Source of the DNA: Deltaproteobacteria bacterium
Lineage (GTDB): Bacteria; Desulfobacterota; Binatia; UBA9968; JAJDTQ01
NCBI GenBank assembly: GCA_028821115.1
Contig: JAPPHF010000078.1
Coordinates: 1,054-65,053 of the forward strand
Direction: 5' to 3'
Length of the DNA stretch: 64,000 nt
The position numbers and the translations under genes are program-made. Below are positions 10,588 to 19,008 of the stretch, piece after piece. The notes below the pieces were generated by a model. It searched no databases. It saw only the letters and a program-made list of their open reading frames with translations, and was not told where the DNA came from. Position 1 is the first letter of the stretch. Every line of letters starts with the position of its first letter.

Positions 10588-10633
10588 AAGCAACCGGGCA
10601 GGACACTAGGTCCTTCGGCGAGGATACGGCGCG

Positions 10634-11977
10634 ATGTCCGTAATCGAGAGACGCGACGAGCTGGAAGCCTTCTTTCACGATGCCGGCAAGCCTCGTGAGC
10701 AGTGGCGCGTGGGCACCGAGTACGAGAAGGTCGGCATCGAACGCGACACGGCCAAGGCGCTGTCATACTCCGGCCCGCGCGGTGTCAGGGTCATCCTCGA
10801 GGGTCTCGTAAGCGACTACGGATGGGAGCCGCAGGAGGAAGGCGGCTTCGTCATCGGGTTGAAGCGCGGCAACCACGCCATCACCCTGGAGCCGGGCGGC
10901 CAGATCGAGTTGAGCGGCGAGCCCTGCGACGACATCCACTGCAGCAACGCCGAGTTCTCCCAGCACATCCGCGAGTTGATCGACGTCGCCGAGAAATTCG
11001 ACGTGGTGTTTCTGGGTCTGGGGATGCAGCCTTTCAGCCGCGTCGACGAGATCGAGTGGCTGCCCAAGCGGCGCTACCGCATCATGGGGCCGTACATGGC
11101 CAAGGTGGGAAGCCTGGGCCATCGGATGATGAAGCAGACGGCCACCGTGCAGGCCAACATCGACTACGGCGACGAGACGGACGCCATGGCGAAGCTGCGA
11201 ACCGCCATGGGGCTGGCGCCGATCATCGGCGCGACGTTCGCCAACTCGCCCATCTCGGACGGCGAGCCCAACGGCTTCAAGAGCTACCGCGGCCATATCT
11301 GGACGCGCACCGACGCCGACCGCTGCGGGCTCCTGGAGTTCTGCTTCTCTCCCGACGCCGAATTTCACCACTACGTGGAGTACGCCCTCGACGTGCCGAT
11401 GTACATCATCGCCCGGGACGGCAACTACCTGGACATGACCGGGATCCCGTTCCGCCACTTCCTGGAACACGGGCACCAGGGCCACCGCGCCACCATGGCG
11501 GACTGGCAGCTTCATCTCACCACGCTGTTCCCCGAGGTGCGGCTCAAGCACTACATGGAGTTCCGCTCCGCCGACAGCCAGGCGCCGGAGCTGATGCCGG
11601 CGCTGCCTGCGCTCATCAAGGGCATCTGCTATGACGCCGACTGTCTCCAGGCCGGATGGGACCTGGTCAAGGGATGGTCCTTCGACGAGCGCATGACCGC
11701 CTACCACGACTCTCACCGGCTCGGCCCGGCGGCGCGCTTCCGGCGCTACTCCCTGGGCGACCTGGCAAAGGAGATGGTCGACATCGCCTGGGAAGGGCTG
11801 GCGCGCCAGCGGGGCTTGAACAAGCGCGGCGAGGACGAGACCATCCATCTGAAGCCCTTGCGCGACCTGGTCCAGCAGGGGCTGTGTCCCGCCGACGTGA
11901 TCCTCTCCAAGTGGCAGGGCGAGTTCCGCCAGGACCTCCGAAGGCTCATCGAGGACAGCTCCTACAAGCTGCCGTGA
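10634..11977 (+). CDS. gshA: glutamate--cysteine ligase, family 2 (plant/proteobacterial type)
   Basis: 447 aa, GTEYEKVG, TLEPGGQIELSG, CSNAEF, TTLFPEVRLK resemble GCS2-type gamma-glutamylcysteine synthetases. Confidence 0.8.
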   Translation: MSVIERRDELEAFFHDAGKPREQWRVGTEYEKVGIERDTAKALSYSGPRGVRVILEGLVSDYGWEPQEEGGFVIGLKRGNHAITLEPGGQIELSGEPCDDIHCSNAEFSQHIRELIDVAEKFDVVFLGLGMQPFSRVDEIEWLPKRRYRIMGPYMAKVGSLGHRMMKQTATVQANIDYGDETDAMAKLRTAMGLAPIIGATFANSPISDGEPNGFKSYRGHIWTRTDADRCGLLEFCFSPDAEFHHYVEYALDVPMYIIARDGNYLDMTGIPFRHFLEHGHQGHRATMADWQLHLTTLFPEVRLKHYMEFRSADSQAPELMPALPALIKGICYDADCLQAGWDLVKGWSFDERMTAYHDSHRLGPAARFRRYSLGDLAKEMVDIAWEGLARQRGLNKRGEDETIHLKPLRDLVQQGLCPADVILSKWQGEFRQDLRRLIEDSSYKLP

Positions 11978-12024
11978 CCCCGCCCGCCGGTCGCGTTCAA
12001 TTTCGAAACCCATCGGAAACCCCC

Positions 12025-12053
12025 TGGACTTTCCGCGCGCTTCGCGCTAGTAT
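12025..12053 (+). promoter_or_regulatory. sigma70-like promoter TGGACT-N17-TAGTAT
   Basis: Hexamers with 17-nt spacing in the gshA-panB intergenic region. Confidence 0.4.
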
Positions 12054-12059
12054 CCCACC

Positions 12060-12250
12060 ATCTTTCCGGAAGCCCCGGAGCGGCCAGGCGAAGCCGGCCG
12101 ACTCCAGGAAGGGGGAACGGGAAGACGCGAAAAGACGTGAGTTCCGCTTGGATCCGGGGGAGCCGGACCGAGACGGATGAGACATTCTGGCATCTATCGT
12201 CTCCAACGGTAGCGGGATGGCCTTCCGGATCGGTCCGGGAGGCTTTTTTG
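12060..12250 (+). ncRNA. candidate structured ~190-nt leader RNA / sRNA upstream of panBC
   Basis: Bounded by the promoter above and an intrinsic terminator. Internal hairpin 12077-12105 (GGAGC GGCC A GGC GAA GCC GGCC GA CUCC) has a bulged A. The 5' UUCCGGAAGCC can pair with the 3' GGCCUUCCGGA. Confidence 0.4.
12221..12250 (+). terminator. intrinsic terminator (9-bp stem CCUUCCGGA/UCCGGGAGG, UCGG loop, CUUUUUUG tail)
   Basis: Hairpin plus U-tract read directly; lies 33 nt before the panB start. Confidence 0.6.
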
Positions 12251-12282
12251 TTGTGGATGTTCAGCCTGAGGAGGTCTGCCGA

Positions 12283-13086
12283 ATGGGACGGAAAATGACG
12301 GTGCCGGAAGTTCGGAGCATGAAGGAGCGAGGCGAGAAGATCGTCTGCCTCACGGCCTATGACTACTGTTTCGCCCGCATCCTGGACCAATCCGGTGTAG
12401 ACCTCCTTCTGGTCGGCGACTCCCTGGGCTCGGTGGTGCAGGGGCACGACAGCACGCTGCCGGTGACGGTCGACGACATCATCTACCACACGCGCGCGGT
12501 GATTCGCGGGCGCAAGCGGGCGCTGGTGGTGTCGGACATGCCCTTCATGACCTTCCAGCTCGGAGTGGACGAGGCCAAGCGCAACGCCGGCAGGCTCATC
12601 CAGGAAGGGGGCGCCGAGTCCGTCAAGCTGGAAGGGGGGGTGACCCAGGCCGCCACCATCGAGGCGCTGGTCAAGATGGGCGTGCCGGTCATGGGCCACG
12701 TGGGGCTCACCCCTCAGTCGGTGCACCAGTTCGGCGGCTACCGTATCCAGGGGCGCGGCGAGGCCGACGCCCGCAACATTCTCGACGACGCCTTGGCGGT
12801 GGAGCAGTCGGGAGCCTTTGCGGTGGTGCTGGAGGGCATTCCGGTGCAACTGGCGCGCGAGATTACCCGGCGCGTGTCCATCCCGACCATCGGCATCGGC
12901 GCCGGCATGCACTGCGACGGGCAGATCCTCGTGGTCCACGACATGCTCGGCCTGTTCGACGACTTCACGCCCAAGTTCGTCAAGCGCTACGCCAATCTCA
13001 AGGACACCATCGGCGGCGCGGTCCAGAGCTACATGGAAGAGGTGCGGACCGAGGCGTTCCCGGCGGAGGAGCACACGTTCCACTGA
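12283..13086 (+). CDS. panB: 3-methyl-2-oxobutanoate hydroxymethyltransferase
   Basis: [29 protein letters not shown] motifs; ATG 12283 preceded by GAGGAGG; the upstream part of ORF 12217.. contains the terminator. Confidence 0.95.
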   Translation: MGRKMTVPEVRSMKERGEKIVCLTAYDYCFARILDQSGVDLLLVGDSLGSVVQGHDSTLPVTVDDIIYHTRAVIRGRKRALVVSDMPFMTFQLGVDEAKRNAGRLIQEGGAESVKLEGGVTQAATIEALVKMGVPVMGHVGLTPQSVHQFGGYRIQGRGEADARNILDDALAVEQSGAFAVVLEGIPVQLAREITRRVSIPTIGIGAGMHCDGQILVVHDMLGLFDDFTPKFVKRYANLKDTIGGAVQSYMEEVRTEAFPAEEHTFH

Positions 13087-13110
13087 GGACGGGCGGCGGC
13101 GCCTCGCGCC

Positions 13111-13974
13111 ATGCAAGCCTTACCCAACATCCGCGCCATCCCGGAGATGCAGGCATGGAGCGGCCGCGCCCGGCGTGAGGGGAAGCGCATCGTCCTGGTG
13201 CCCACCATGGGATACCTGCACGAAGGCCATCTGAGCCTCGTGCGTGAGGCCGGGAAGCACGGCGACTGCCGGGTGGTCTCCATCTTCGCCAATCCCGCCC
13301 AGTTCGCCCCCTCCGAGGACTTCGACAGCTACCCGCGGGACCTGGAGCGCGATGTCCGGCTGCTCACGGAGGAGCGGGTGGATCTCCTGTTCACCCCCGC
13401 GGTCGAGGACATTTATCCGCCGGGGTATCAGACCTACGTGGACGTGGAAGACGTCAGCCGGCCGTTGTGCGGCGCCCGCCGGCCGGGACACTTCCGCGGC
13501 GTGGCCACGGTGGTGCTGAAGCTCTTCAACATCGTGTGTCCGCACGTGGCCGTGTTCGGCCGGAAGGACTACCAGCAGGTCCAGGTCATCCGGCGGATGC
13601 GCGACGACCTGAATCTGGAGGTGGAGATCGTCGAGTGCGACACGGTGCGGGAGGACGACGGCGTGGCCATGAGCTCGCGGAACCGTTACCTGGGGCCGGC
13701 CGAGCGGGAGGCCGCGCGTTGTCTGCAAAGCGCCCTGGGAAAGGCCGAGGCGCTGGTCCGCGGCGGCGAGACCGCGGCCGCGCGGATCCGTGAGGCAGTG
13801 GTGGAAGAGATCTCCCGGCAGCCCCTGGCGCGCCTCGAGTACGCCGACCTGTGCGATCCCAGGGAGCTTCACTCGGTGGACGAGGTCACGAGCCCGACGC
13901 TCCTGGCCGTCTGTGCATGGGTCGGCAAGGCGCGCCTGATCGACAACCGGATCCTGGCGGTGCCGGAGCCGTAG
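13111..13974 (+). CDS. panC: pantoate--beta-alanine ligase
   Basis: VPTMGYLHEGHLSLV, FGRKDYQQ, MSSRN motifs. Confidence 0.95.
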   Translation: MQALPNIRAIPEMQAWSGRARREGKRIVLVPTMGYLHEGHLSLVREAGKHGDCRVVSIFANPAQFAPSEDFDSYPRDLERDVRLLTEERVDLLFTPAVEDIYPPGYQTYVDVEDVSRPLCGARRPGHFRGVATVVLKLFNIVCPHVAVFGRKDYQQVQVIRRMRDDLNLEVEIVECDTVREDDGVAMSSRNRYLGPAEREAARCLQSALGKAEALVRGGETAAARIREAVVEEISRQPLARLEYADLCDPRELHSVDEVTSPTLLAVCAWVGKARLIDNRILAVPEP

Positions 13975-14036
13975 ACGGCGCCGCTGCCCGCCGCCGAACC
14001 CACGGGCGCAGGGCCGACGAACCAGAATACGATCCC

Positions 14037-14510
14037 ATGGCCTCGACCAAGGAAACCGCCGAGAAGACCGTCACCGTCAACCGCCGGGCGCGCCGGGAGT
14101 ATTTCATCGACGAGTCCTTCGAGGCCGGGATGGTGCTGCTGGGCAGCGAGGTGAAGTCGCTTCGAGACGGCCGCGCCAATCTCGCCGACAGCTACGCCCG
14201 GGTCGACAAGGGTCAGGTGTACCTGGTCAACTCCCACATCAGCCCCTATCCGGCGGCCAACATGTTCAATCACGAGCCCACCCGGCCGCGGAAGCTGCTT
14301 CTGCACAAGCGCGAGATTATGCGGCTCACCGGAAAGGTCAAAGAGCGCGGCTTGACCCTGATTCCGTTGAAGCTATACTTCAAGGACGGACGCGCCAAGG
14401 TGGAGTTGGGCCTGGCCCGCGGAAAGAAGCTCTACGACAAGCGCGCCACGGTCAAGGAGAAGATGGTCCGGCGGGAGATGGAACGCTCCATGAAGAGCCG
14501 CAGAAGTTGA
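14037..14510 (+). CDS. smpB: SsrA-binding protein
   Basis: NRRARREYFIDE, GSEVKSLR, VNSHISPY, RPRKLLLHKREI; internal ATG of ORF 13851..14510. Confidence 0.95.
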   Translation: MASTKETAEKTVTVNRRARREYFIDESFEAGMVLLGSEVKSLRDGRANLADSYARVDKGQVYLVNSHISPYPAANMFNHEPTRPRKLLLHKREIMRLTGKVKERGLTLIPLKLYFKDGRAKVELGLARGKKLYDKRATVKEKMVRREMERSMKSRRS

Positions 14511-14533
14511 CCGGCGGACCAGGGCGCATCATT

Positions 14534-14883
14534 GGGGGCGATATGGGTTCGACGGGGGTGGGAAGTCAAAGTGGCATGCCGGGGTCCTGCGGCCCCGTTA
14601 AAAACGCAGGACTGCAAGTAACTGCAGACGAACAAGATTACGCTCTGGCTGCCTAGACAGCCAGCGTCTTGCCGGCTTTCTCCCGCGGGGTCGGACAAGG
14701 CGTCATTCAGCGGGATGGACCGATTCCCCTGCCGGAGGGGATGAGGTCGAGATCCAAACCGGCTGGCCGCGCAAGACCCTGTCGTCGGGACCTTTCGCGG
14801 CGAGACTCAAACGGCGACTAAGCATGTAGTCACTTCTGGCGGAAAACCTTCGGACGGGGGTTCGATTCCCCCCGCCTCCACCA
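14534..14883 (+). ncRNA. ssrA: transfer-messenger RNA (tmRNA)
   Basis: 5' GGGGGCGAUAUGGGUUCGACG and 3' GGGGGUUCGAUUCCCCCCGCCUCCACCA tRNA-like ends; tag frame GCA GAC GAA CAA GAT TAC GCT CTG GCT GCC TAG (ADEQDYALAA*) at 14624-14656; directly after smpB. Confidence 0.95.
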
Positions 14884-14906
14884 ACATACAGATCATCCCT
14901 GTCGAT

Positions 14907-14948
14907 TTACTCAACGTCCTGAGTAATTTTACTCAGGACGTTGAGTAA
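14907..14948. terminator. perfect 20-bp inverted repeat, likely bidirectional terminator between ssrA and msrA
   Basis: TTACTCAACGTCCTGAGTAA tt TTACTCAGGACGTTGAGTAA; between convergent genes. Confidence 0.45.
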
Positions 14949-14967
14949 TCTGCCGTGCCACGTCGTC

Positions 14968-15576
14968 TCACCCGTGCCCCGGGATGCCTTCGTAGGCGTG
15001 CTCGCCCCAGAGATCCTTCACCGTGCGATCACGGCCGCAGCTAAACCGGTAATAGCGGTAGCGGAACGGGTTGTTCTTGTAATAGTCCTGGTGATAGCCT
15101 TCCGCTTCGTAGAACGGGCCGGCGGCGAGAATCGGCGTGACGATCGGTTTGTCGAGCAACTTTTGCGCGGTCTTCTTTGAAGCCTCGGCCAGGGTGCGTT
15201 CCTTCTCGTTCGCCGCGAACACCGCGGTCGCGTAGGATTGGCCGCGGTCGCAGAACTGTCCCCCGCCGTCGGTCGGGTCCACGGAGCGCCAGAACGCGGC
15301 GAGCAGCATCTCGTAGCTGACCTTGGCCGGATCGTAGGTGATCTCCACCGCCTCGTAGTGGCCGGTGCCTCCGGCCGTGACTTGCCGGTACGTCGGGTTC
15401 TCCGTCTTGCCGCCGGTGTAGCCGGAAACCGTCGAGACGACACCCGGCACCTTGTCGAAATCCGACTCCACGCACCAGAAGCAGCCGCCCGCGAAGACCG
15501 CCTTCTCGAGTTGCTGCGCGCTTGCGGCGTGAGCGATGAGCGAGAGTGCGATAACCGTTAGTATGATTCGTTTCAT
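14968..15576 (-). CDS. msrA: peptide-methionine (S)-S-oxide reductase with N-terminal signal peptide
   Basis: GGCFWCVE active site motif; MKRIILTVIALSLIAHAASA signal-like N-terminus; ATG 15576 preceded by GGAGG. Confidence 0.92.
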   Translation of the reverse strand: MKRIILTVIALSLIAHAASAQQLEKAVFAGGCFWCVESDFDKVPGVVSTVSGYTGGKTENPTYRQVTAGGTGHYEAVEITYDPAKVSYEMLLAAFWRSVDPTDGGGQFCDRGQSYATAVFAANEKERTLAEASKKTAQKLLDKPIVTPILAAGPFYEAEGYHQDYYKNNPFRYRYYRFSCGRDRTVKDLWGEHAYEGIPGHG

Positions 15577-15673
15577 GATTGCCTCCGTGTACTTCTTCCA
15601 CGATACCAGAAGCACCCCGTCTCATCACGTCTTGGTCCCAGGGCGTTGAGCCGGCCGGTGGCCTCGCGGCCCC

Positions 15674-16444
15674 TCATATCAACGACCTCGACTGGCAGCC
15701 GTCGACGTTGATGCAGGCGCCGGAGATCCAGTTGGCCCGGTCCGAGGCGAGGAAGACCACCACGTCGGCCACCTCCTCGGCAGTCCCGAAACGCCCGGCC
15801 GGGAGTTCGCGCTGGACGAACGCGGCGATGCCCTCGGGATCTTCTTCCCGGCGGCGGTCCCAGGACCCTCCCGGGAACAGGATCGAACCGGGAGCGACGC
15901 TGTTGACGCGGATGCCGTGCGGCGCCAGCTCGCGCGCCATCTCCTTGGACAGGCTGATCATGGCGGCCTTGGCGGCGTTGTAGGTCATGGGACCGCCCCA
16001 CTCGCGGCCGTAGATGGAGGCGATGTTGATGACGCAGCCGCGTTCGCTCTCCTGCATGGCCGGCACCACCAGCCGGCAAAGGCCGAGTGCGGAGAAGAAG
16101 TTCAGGGAAAAGCCGCGCTGCCAGTCGTCGCCGGACGCGGAAAGGTTTCCGCCGGGGCGCGAGCCGCCGACGTTGTTCACGAGGATGTCGGCGGCCTGGT
16201 ACGCGTCGAGGGTCTCTTCGAACCAGGCGCGTGCCGCGTCTTCGTCGGTGATGTCCAGGGCCGACGCCAGGACCTCGGCGCCGCCCGCGCGCAGTTCTTC
16301 CACGGTTTTGTCAAGGTCCTCCCGGCCACGGGCACACAGGCTGAGCCGGCACCCCTCCCCCGCCAGCCCCAGCGCGATGGCCTTGCCGATTCCCCGGCTC
16401 GCGCCGGTGATCATCGCGACCCTTCCGGTCAGGCCAAGATCCAT
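15674..16444 (-). CDS. SDR-family oxidoreductase
   Basis: TGASRGIGKA Rossmann motif, YNAAKAA catalytic motif. Confidence 0.85.
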   Translation of the reverse strand: MDLGLTGRVAMITGASRGIGKAIALGLAGEGCRLSLCARGREDLDKTVEELRAGGAEVLASALDITDEDAARAWFEETLDAYQAADILVNNVGGSRPGGNLSASGDDWQRGFSLNFFSALGLCRLVVPAMQESERGCVINIASIYGREWGGPMTYNAAKAAMISLSKEMARELAPHGIRVNSVAPGSILFPGGSWDRRREEDPEGIAAFVQRELPAGRFGTAEEVADVVVFLASDRANWISGACINVDGCQSRSLI

Positions 16445-16486
16445 GCATGCTCCATGCTGTTTCGCATCCGCCGCTTCCCGGCCCCG

Positions 16487-17428
16487 TCACGACGCGGCGT
16501 GGGAAGCCTCCCCCTTGCGGGGTTTCCGGAACCCCATCCAGCTCCACTGGTCCGGGTGTTGGCGCACCATCTTCTCGATTTCCCCGACGAACCGGCTGGT
16601 ATTGATGCGGAGATCTTCCTCGCGGTCCTCGGTTTCGACGAACTGGAGTTCCGGTTTCACGTGCAGCGTGAGCCGGTCCTGCGCGTCCCGCACCATGAAG
16701 ACCGGGAGCACCGCGGCGCCGGTGCGTTGAGCGATGGTGACGGGCCCCTTGGGCGCGGGCGCCTGACGCCCGAGAAAGCTCACTTCCACTCCCGTGGTCT
16801 TGAACTCGTCCGGGACTATCATGACGATCTCGTTTTGCCGCAGCGCCCTGATGATCTGCGCGACGGACTGGCGTCTGGGGCGCGCCGGTATCACCTTGAC
16901 GCCGGCTCGCGCGCAGTAGCCGTTCAGCAGCGAGGCGGAGCGTTCCTCCCGCGGCAGCTTGATCACGACGCTGAAGTCGTAGCCCTGGGCCACGAGCCGG
17001 GGGCCGATCATGGTGAAGTTGCCGAAATGGGCGCTGAGCGCGATGACGCCCCTTCTCCGGGCGAGAGCTTCGCGCAGGCGTTCCTCGGCCTTGATCTCGA
17101 TGCGCGCGCACAGCTCGGGTTTCGTCATGAACAGGGTGGCGAAGGTTTCGACGGCCGCGTAGGTGAAGTTTCTCCAGGCCGCCCGCACCACCGCGTGGCG
17201 CTCGGCATGGGTGGGCAGCTCCTCGCTCATGGTGCGCTGGAGGGCGTCGTGCATCCGTTCCCGATAACCCCGCAGCAGCAGGTAGGTCACCCGGTCCGTG
17301 ATCCAGGCGATGCACGGTCTGGCGGCCGTCGGCAGCCAACCCAGGCTCGCCACAAGCGTTCGCAGCAGGTATTCACCGGTTCGATAGCGAATGCGATAGA
17401 GGAGGCGGCTGCGTCTGTCGGGTTTCAT
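16487..17428 (-). CDS. lysophospholipid/lipid A biosynthesis (LpxL/HtrB-like) acyltransferase
   Basis: About 313 aa, N-terminal TM, SAHFGNF (HX4D-like region), LpxL-family layout; ATG overlaps nifS stop (ATGA). Confidence 0.75.
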   Translation of the reverse strand: MKPDRRSRLLYRIRYRTGEYLLRTLVASLGWLPTAARPCIAWITDRVTYLLLRGYRERMHDALQRTMSEELPTHAERHAVVRAAWRNFTYAAVETFATLFMTKPELCARIEIKAEERLREALARRRGVIALSAHFGNFTMIGPRLVAQGYDFSVVIKLPREERSASLLNGYCARAGVKVIPARPRRQSVAQIIRALRQNEIVMIVPDEFKTTGVEVSFLGRQAPAPKGPVTIAQRTGAAVLPVFMVRDAQDRLTLHVKPELQFVETEDREEDLRINTSRFVGEIEKMVRQHPDQWSWMGFRKPRKGEASHAAS

Positions 17429-18618
17429 GCTTGCCCCGGCAGACCTTCCTTCGTTCCCACCCGCCCCAATGCGGACAGGCCCTGGAGGCGCCGGATGATG
17501 CCCGGGATCTTCTCCGCCGCGAAATCGATTTCCGCTTCGGTGTTGTAGCGGCTCAGACTGAAGCGAACGGCTCCTTGCAGCCATTGCGGCGGCACCTTCA
17601 TGGCCCGCAACACGTGGGACGGCTCCACCGAGCCCGCGGTGCAGGCGGAGCCGGTGGAGGCGCAGATGCCGAACTCGTCCAGCAGCACCAGGATCGACTC
17701 GCCCTCCAGGTACTCGAAGGCGACGTTGAGGGTGTTCGGCAGGCGTTCCGACTTGCCGCCGTTGATCCGGGCGCCGGGGCAGGTGGCTACGAGCGCGCTT
17801 TCCAGTTGGTCGCGCATGCCGCTCAACTGCGCGCACTCGGCGGCGATGTCCTTGCCCGTGAGCTCCGCGGCCTCGCCCATGCCCACGATGCCGGCGACGT
17901 TCTCGGTGCCGGCGCGGCGGTTGCGCTCCTGGTGGCCGCCGATGATGAAGGGACGGAGGGTGATGCCTCGCCGCACGTACAGCGCGCCCACGCCCTTGGG
18001 CCCGTGAAACTTGTGGGCCGAGATGGTCAGAAGGTCGATGGGGCTGTCTTTCACGTCGAGCTCGATCTTGCCCGGGACCTGCACCGCATCGACGTGAAAG
18101 GGGATGCCTCTGGCCTTGACGATCTCGCCGGCCTCGCGCACCGGGAAGACGACGCCGGTCTCGTTGTTGGCGTACATGATCGACACCAGCACGGTGTCGT
18201 CGGCGAGGGAATCCCGGAGCTCCTCCAGGTCCAGCATGCCGTTCTCGTCAACCCCCAGCCAGGTGACCCGGTACCCCTTCTTCTCCAGGTGCTGCCCCAG
18301 TCCCAGCACAGCGGGATGCTCCACCGCCGTCGTGATGAAGTGGCGCTTGTCCGGCGCGCCCTCGAGGATGCCGCGAATGGCGGTGTTGTCACCCTCGGAG
18401 CCGCAACTGGTGAACAGCACCTCGACCTCGTCTTCCGCTCCCAGGAGCCTCGCCACCTGGGTGCGCGCGCGGTCGAGGGCGCGCCCGACCTGGCTTCCGA
18501 AGCCGTGGATGCTCGAAGGGTTGCCGTAGAGCTCGGTGAGGTAGGGCGCCATCGCCTCGTAGACCCGCGGCGCGATGCGCGTGGTGGCGTTGTTGTCGAA
18601 ATAGATGACGTCGGACAT
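17425..18618 (-). CDS. nifS: cysteine desulfurase, NifS-type (class I)
   Basis: IYFDNNATT, SAHKFHGPKGVG (PLP lysine), SACTAGSVEPSHVL active-site Cys loop; start at MSDVIYF. Confidence 0.9.
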   Translation of the reverse strand: MSDVIYFDNNATTRIAPRVYEAMAPYLTELYGNPSSIHGFGSQVGRALDRARTQVARLLGAEDEVEVLFTSCGSEGDNTAIRGILEGAPDKRHFITTAVEHPAVLGLGQHLEKKGYRVTWLGVDENGMLDLEELRDSLADDTVLVSIMYANNETGVVFPVREAGEIVKARGIPFHVDAVQVPGKIELDVKDSPIDLLTISAHKFHGPKGVGALYVRRGITLRPFIIGGHQERNRRAGTENVAGIVGMGEAAELTGKDIAAECAQLSGMRDQLESALVATCPGARINGGKSERLPNTLNVAFEYLEGESILVLLDEFGICASTGSACTAGSVEPSHVLRAMKVPPQWLQGAVRFSLSRYNTEAEIDFAAEKIPGIIRRLQGLSALGRVGTKEGLPGQA

Positions 18619-18677
18619 GGCGTGTCCCGTGGGAGAACGGCTTGCCGGCGGGCATCGAGCCGTTCCGGGCGGCTGCC

Positions 18678-19007
18678 TCAGACCACAAACGAGGCGCCGC
18701 AGCCGCAACTGCGTTTCACATTGGGATTCTGGAATACGAAGGCCGCCTCCATGAGCGTTTCCCTGTAATCGAGCTCGGTGCCGCCCAGGTACAGCAGGCT
18801 CTTGAGATCCACGATTACCTTGGCCCCCTCGTGCTCGAACACGCGGTCGGTGGGCTTGGGGTTGTCGAGGTCCATCTTGTACTGGAGGCCGGAGCAGCCG
18901 CCGCCCACGACCTTGAGGCGCAGGCCGGTCAGGTCCCGCTCGTCCTGGTCTAGCAGCTCCTTGATCCGGTGGGCCGCCGATTCCGTTATCTGGACCGCTG
19001 TCGCCAT
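18678..19007 (-). CDS. iscA: A-type iron-sulfur cluster carrier (HesB/IscA/ErpA family)
   Basis: GGGCSGLQY and C-terminal CGCGASF cysteine motifs. Confidence 0.9.
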   Translation of the reverse strand: MATAVQITESAAHRIKELLDQDERDLTGLRLKVVGGGCSGLQYKMDLDNPKPTDRVFEHEGAKVIVDLKSLLYLGGTELDYRETLMEAAFVFQNPNVKRSCGCGASFVV

Positions 19008-19008
19008 C

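Noticed and set aside
12060-12250. Assignment of the panB-upstream RNA as 6S RNA
   Set aside because: The length and end-pairing are compatible, but I cannot demonstrate the central bubble or conserved 6S features by eye, and the position immediately 5' of panBC favours a cis-acting leader. It is kept only as an alternative in the finding.
14534-14967. tmRNA 3' end as attachment site of a genomic island
   Set aside because: No integrase follows, I saw no second copy of the ssrA 3' end, and the next gene is an ordinary msrA. Only the palindrome is unusual.
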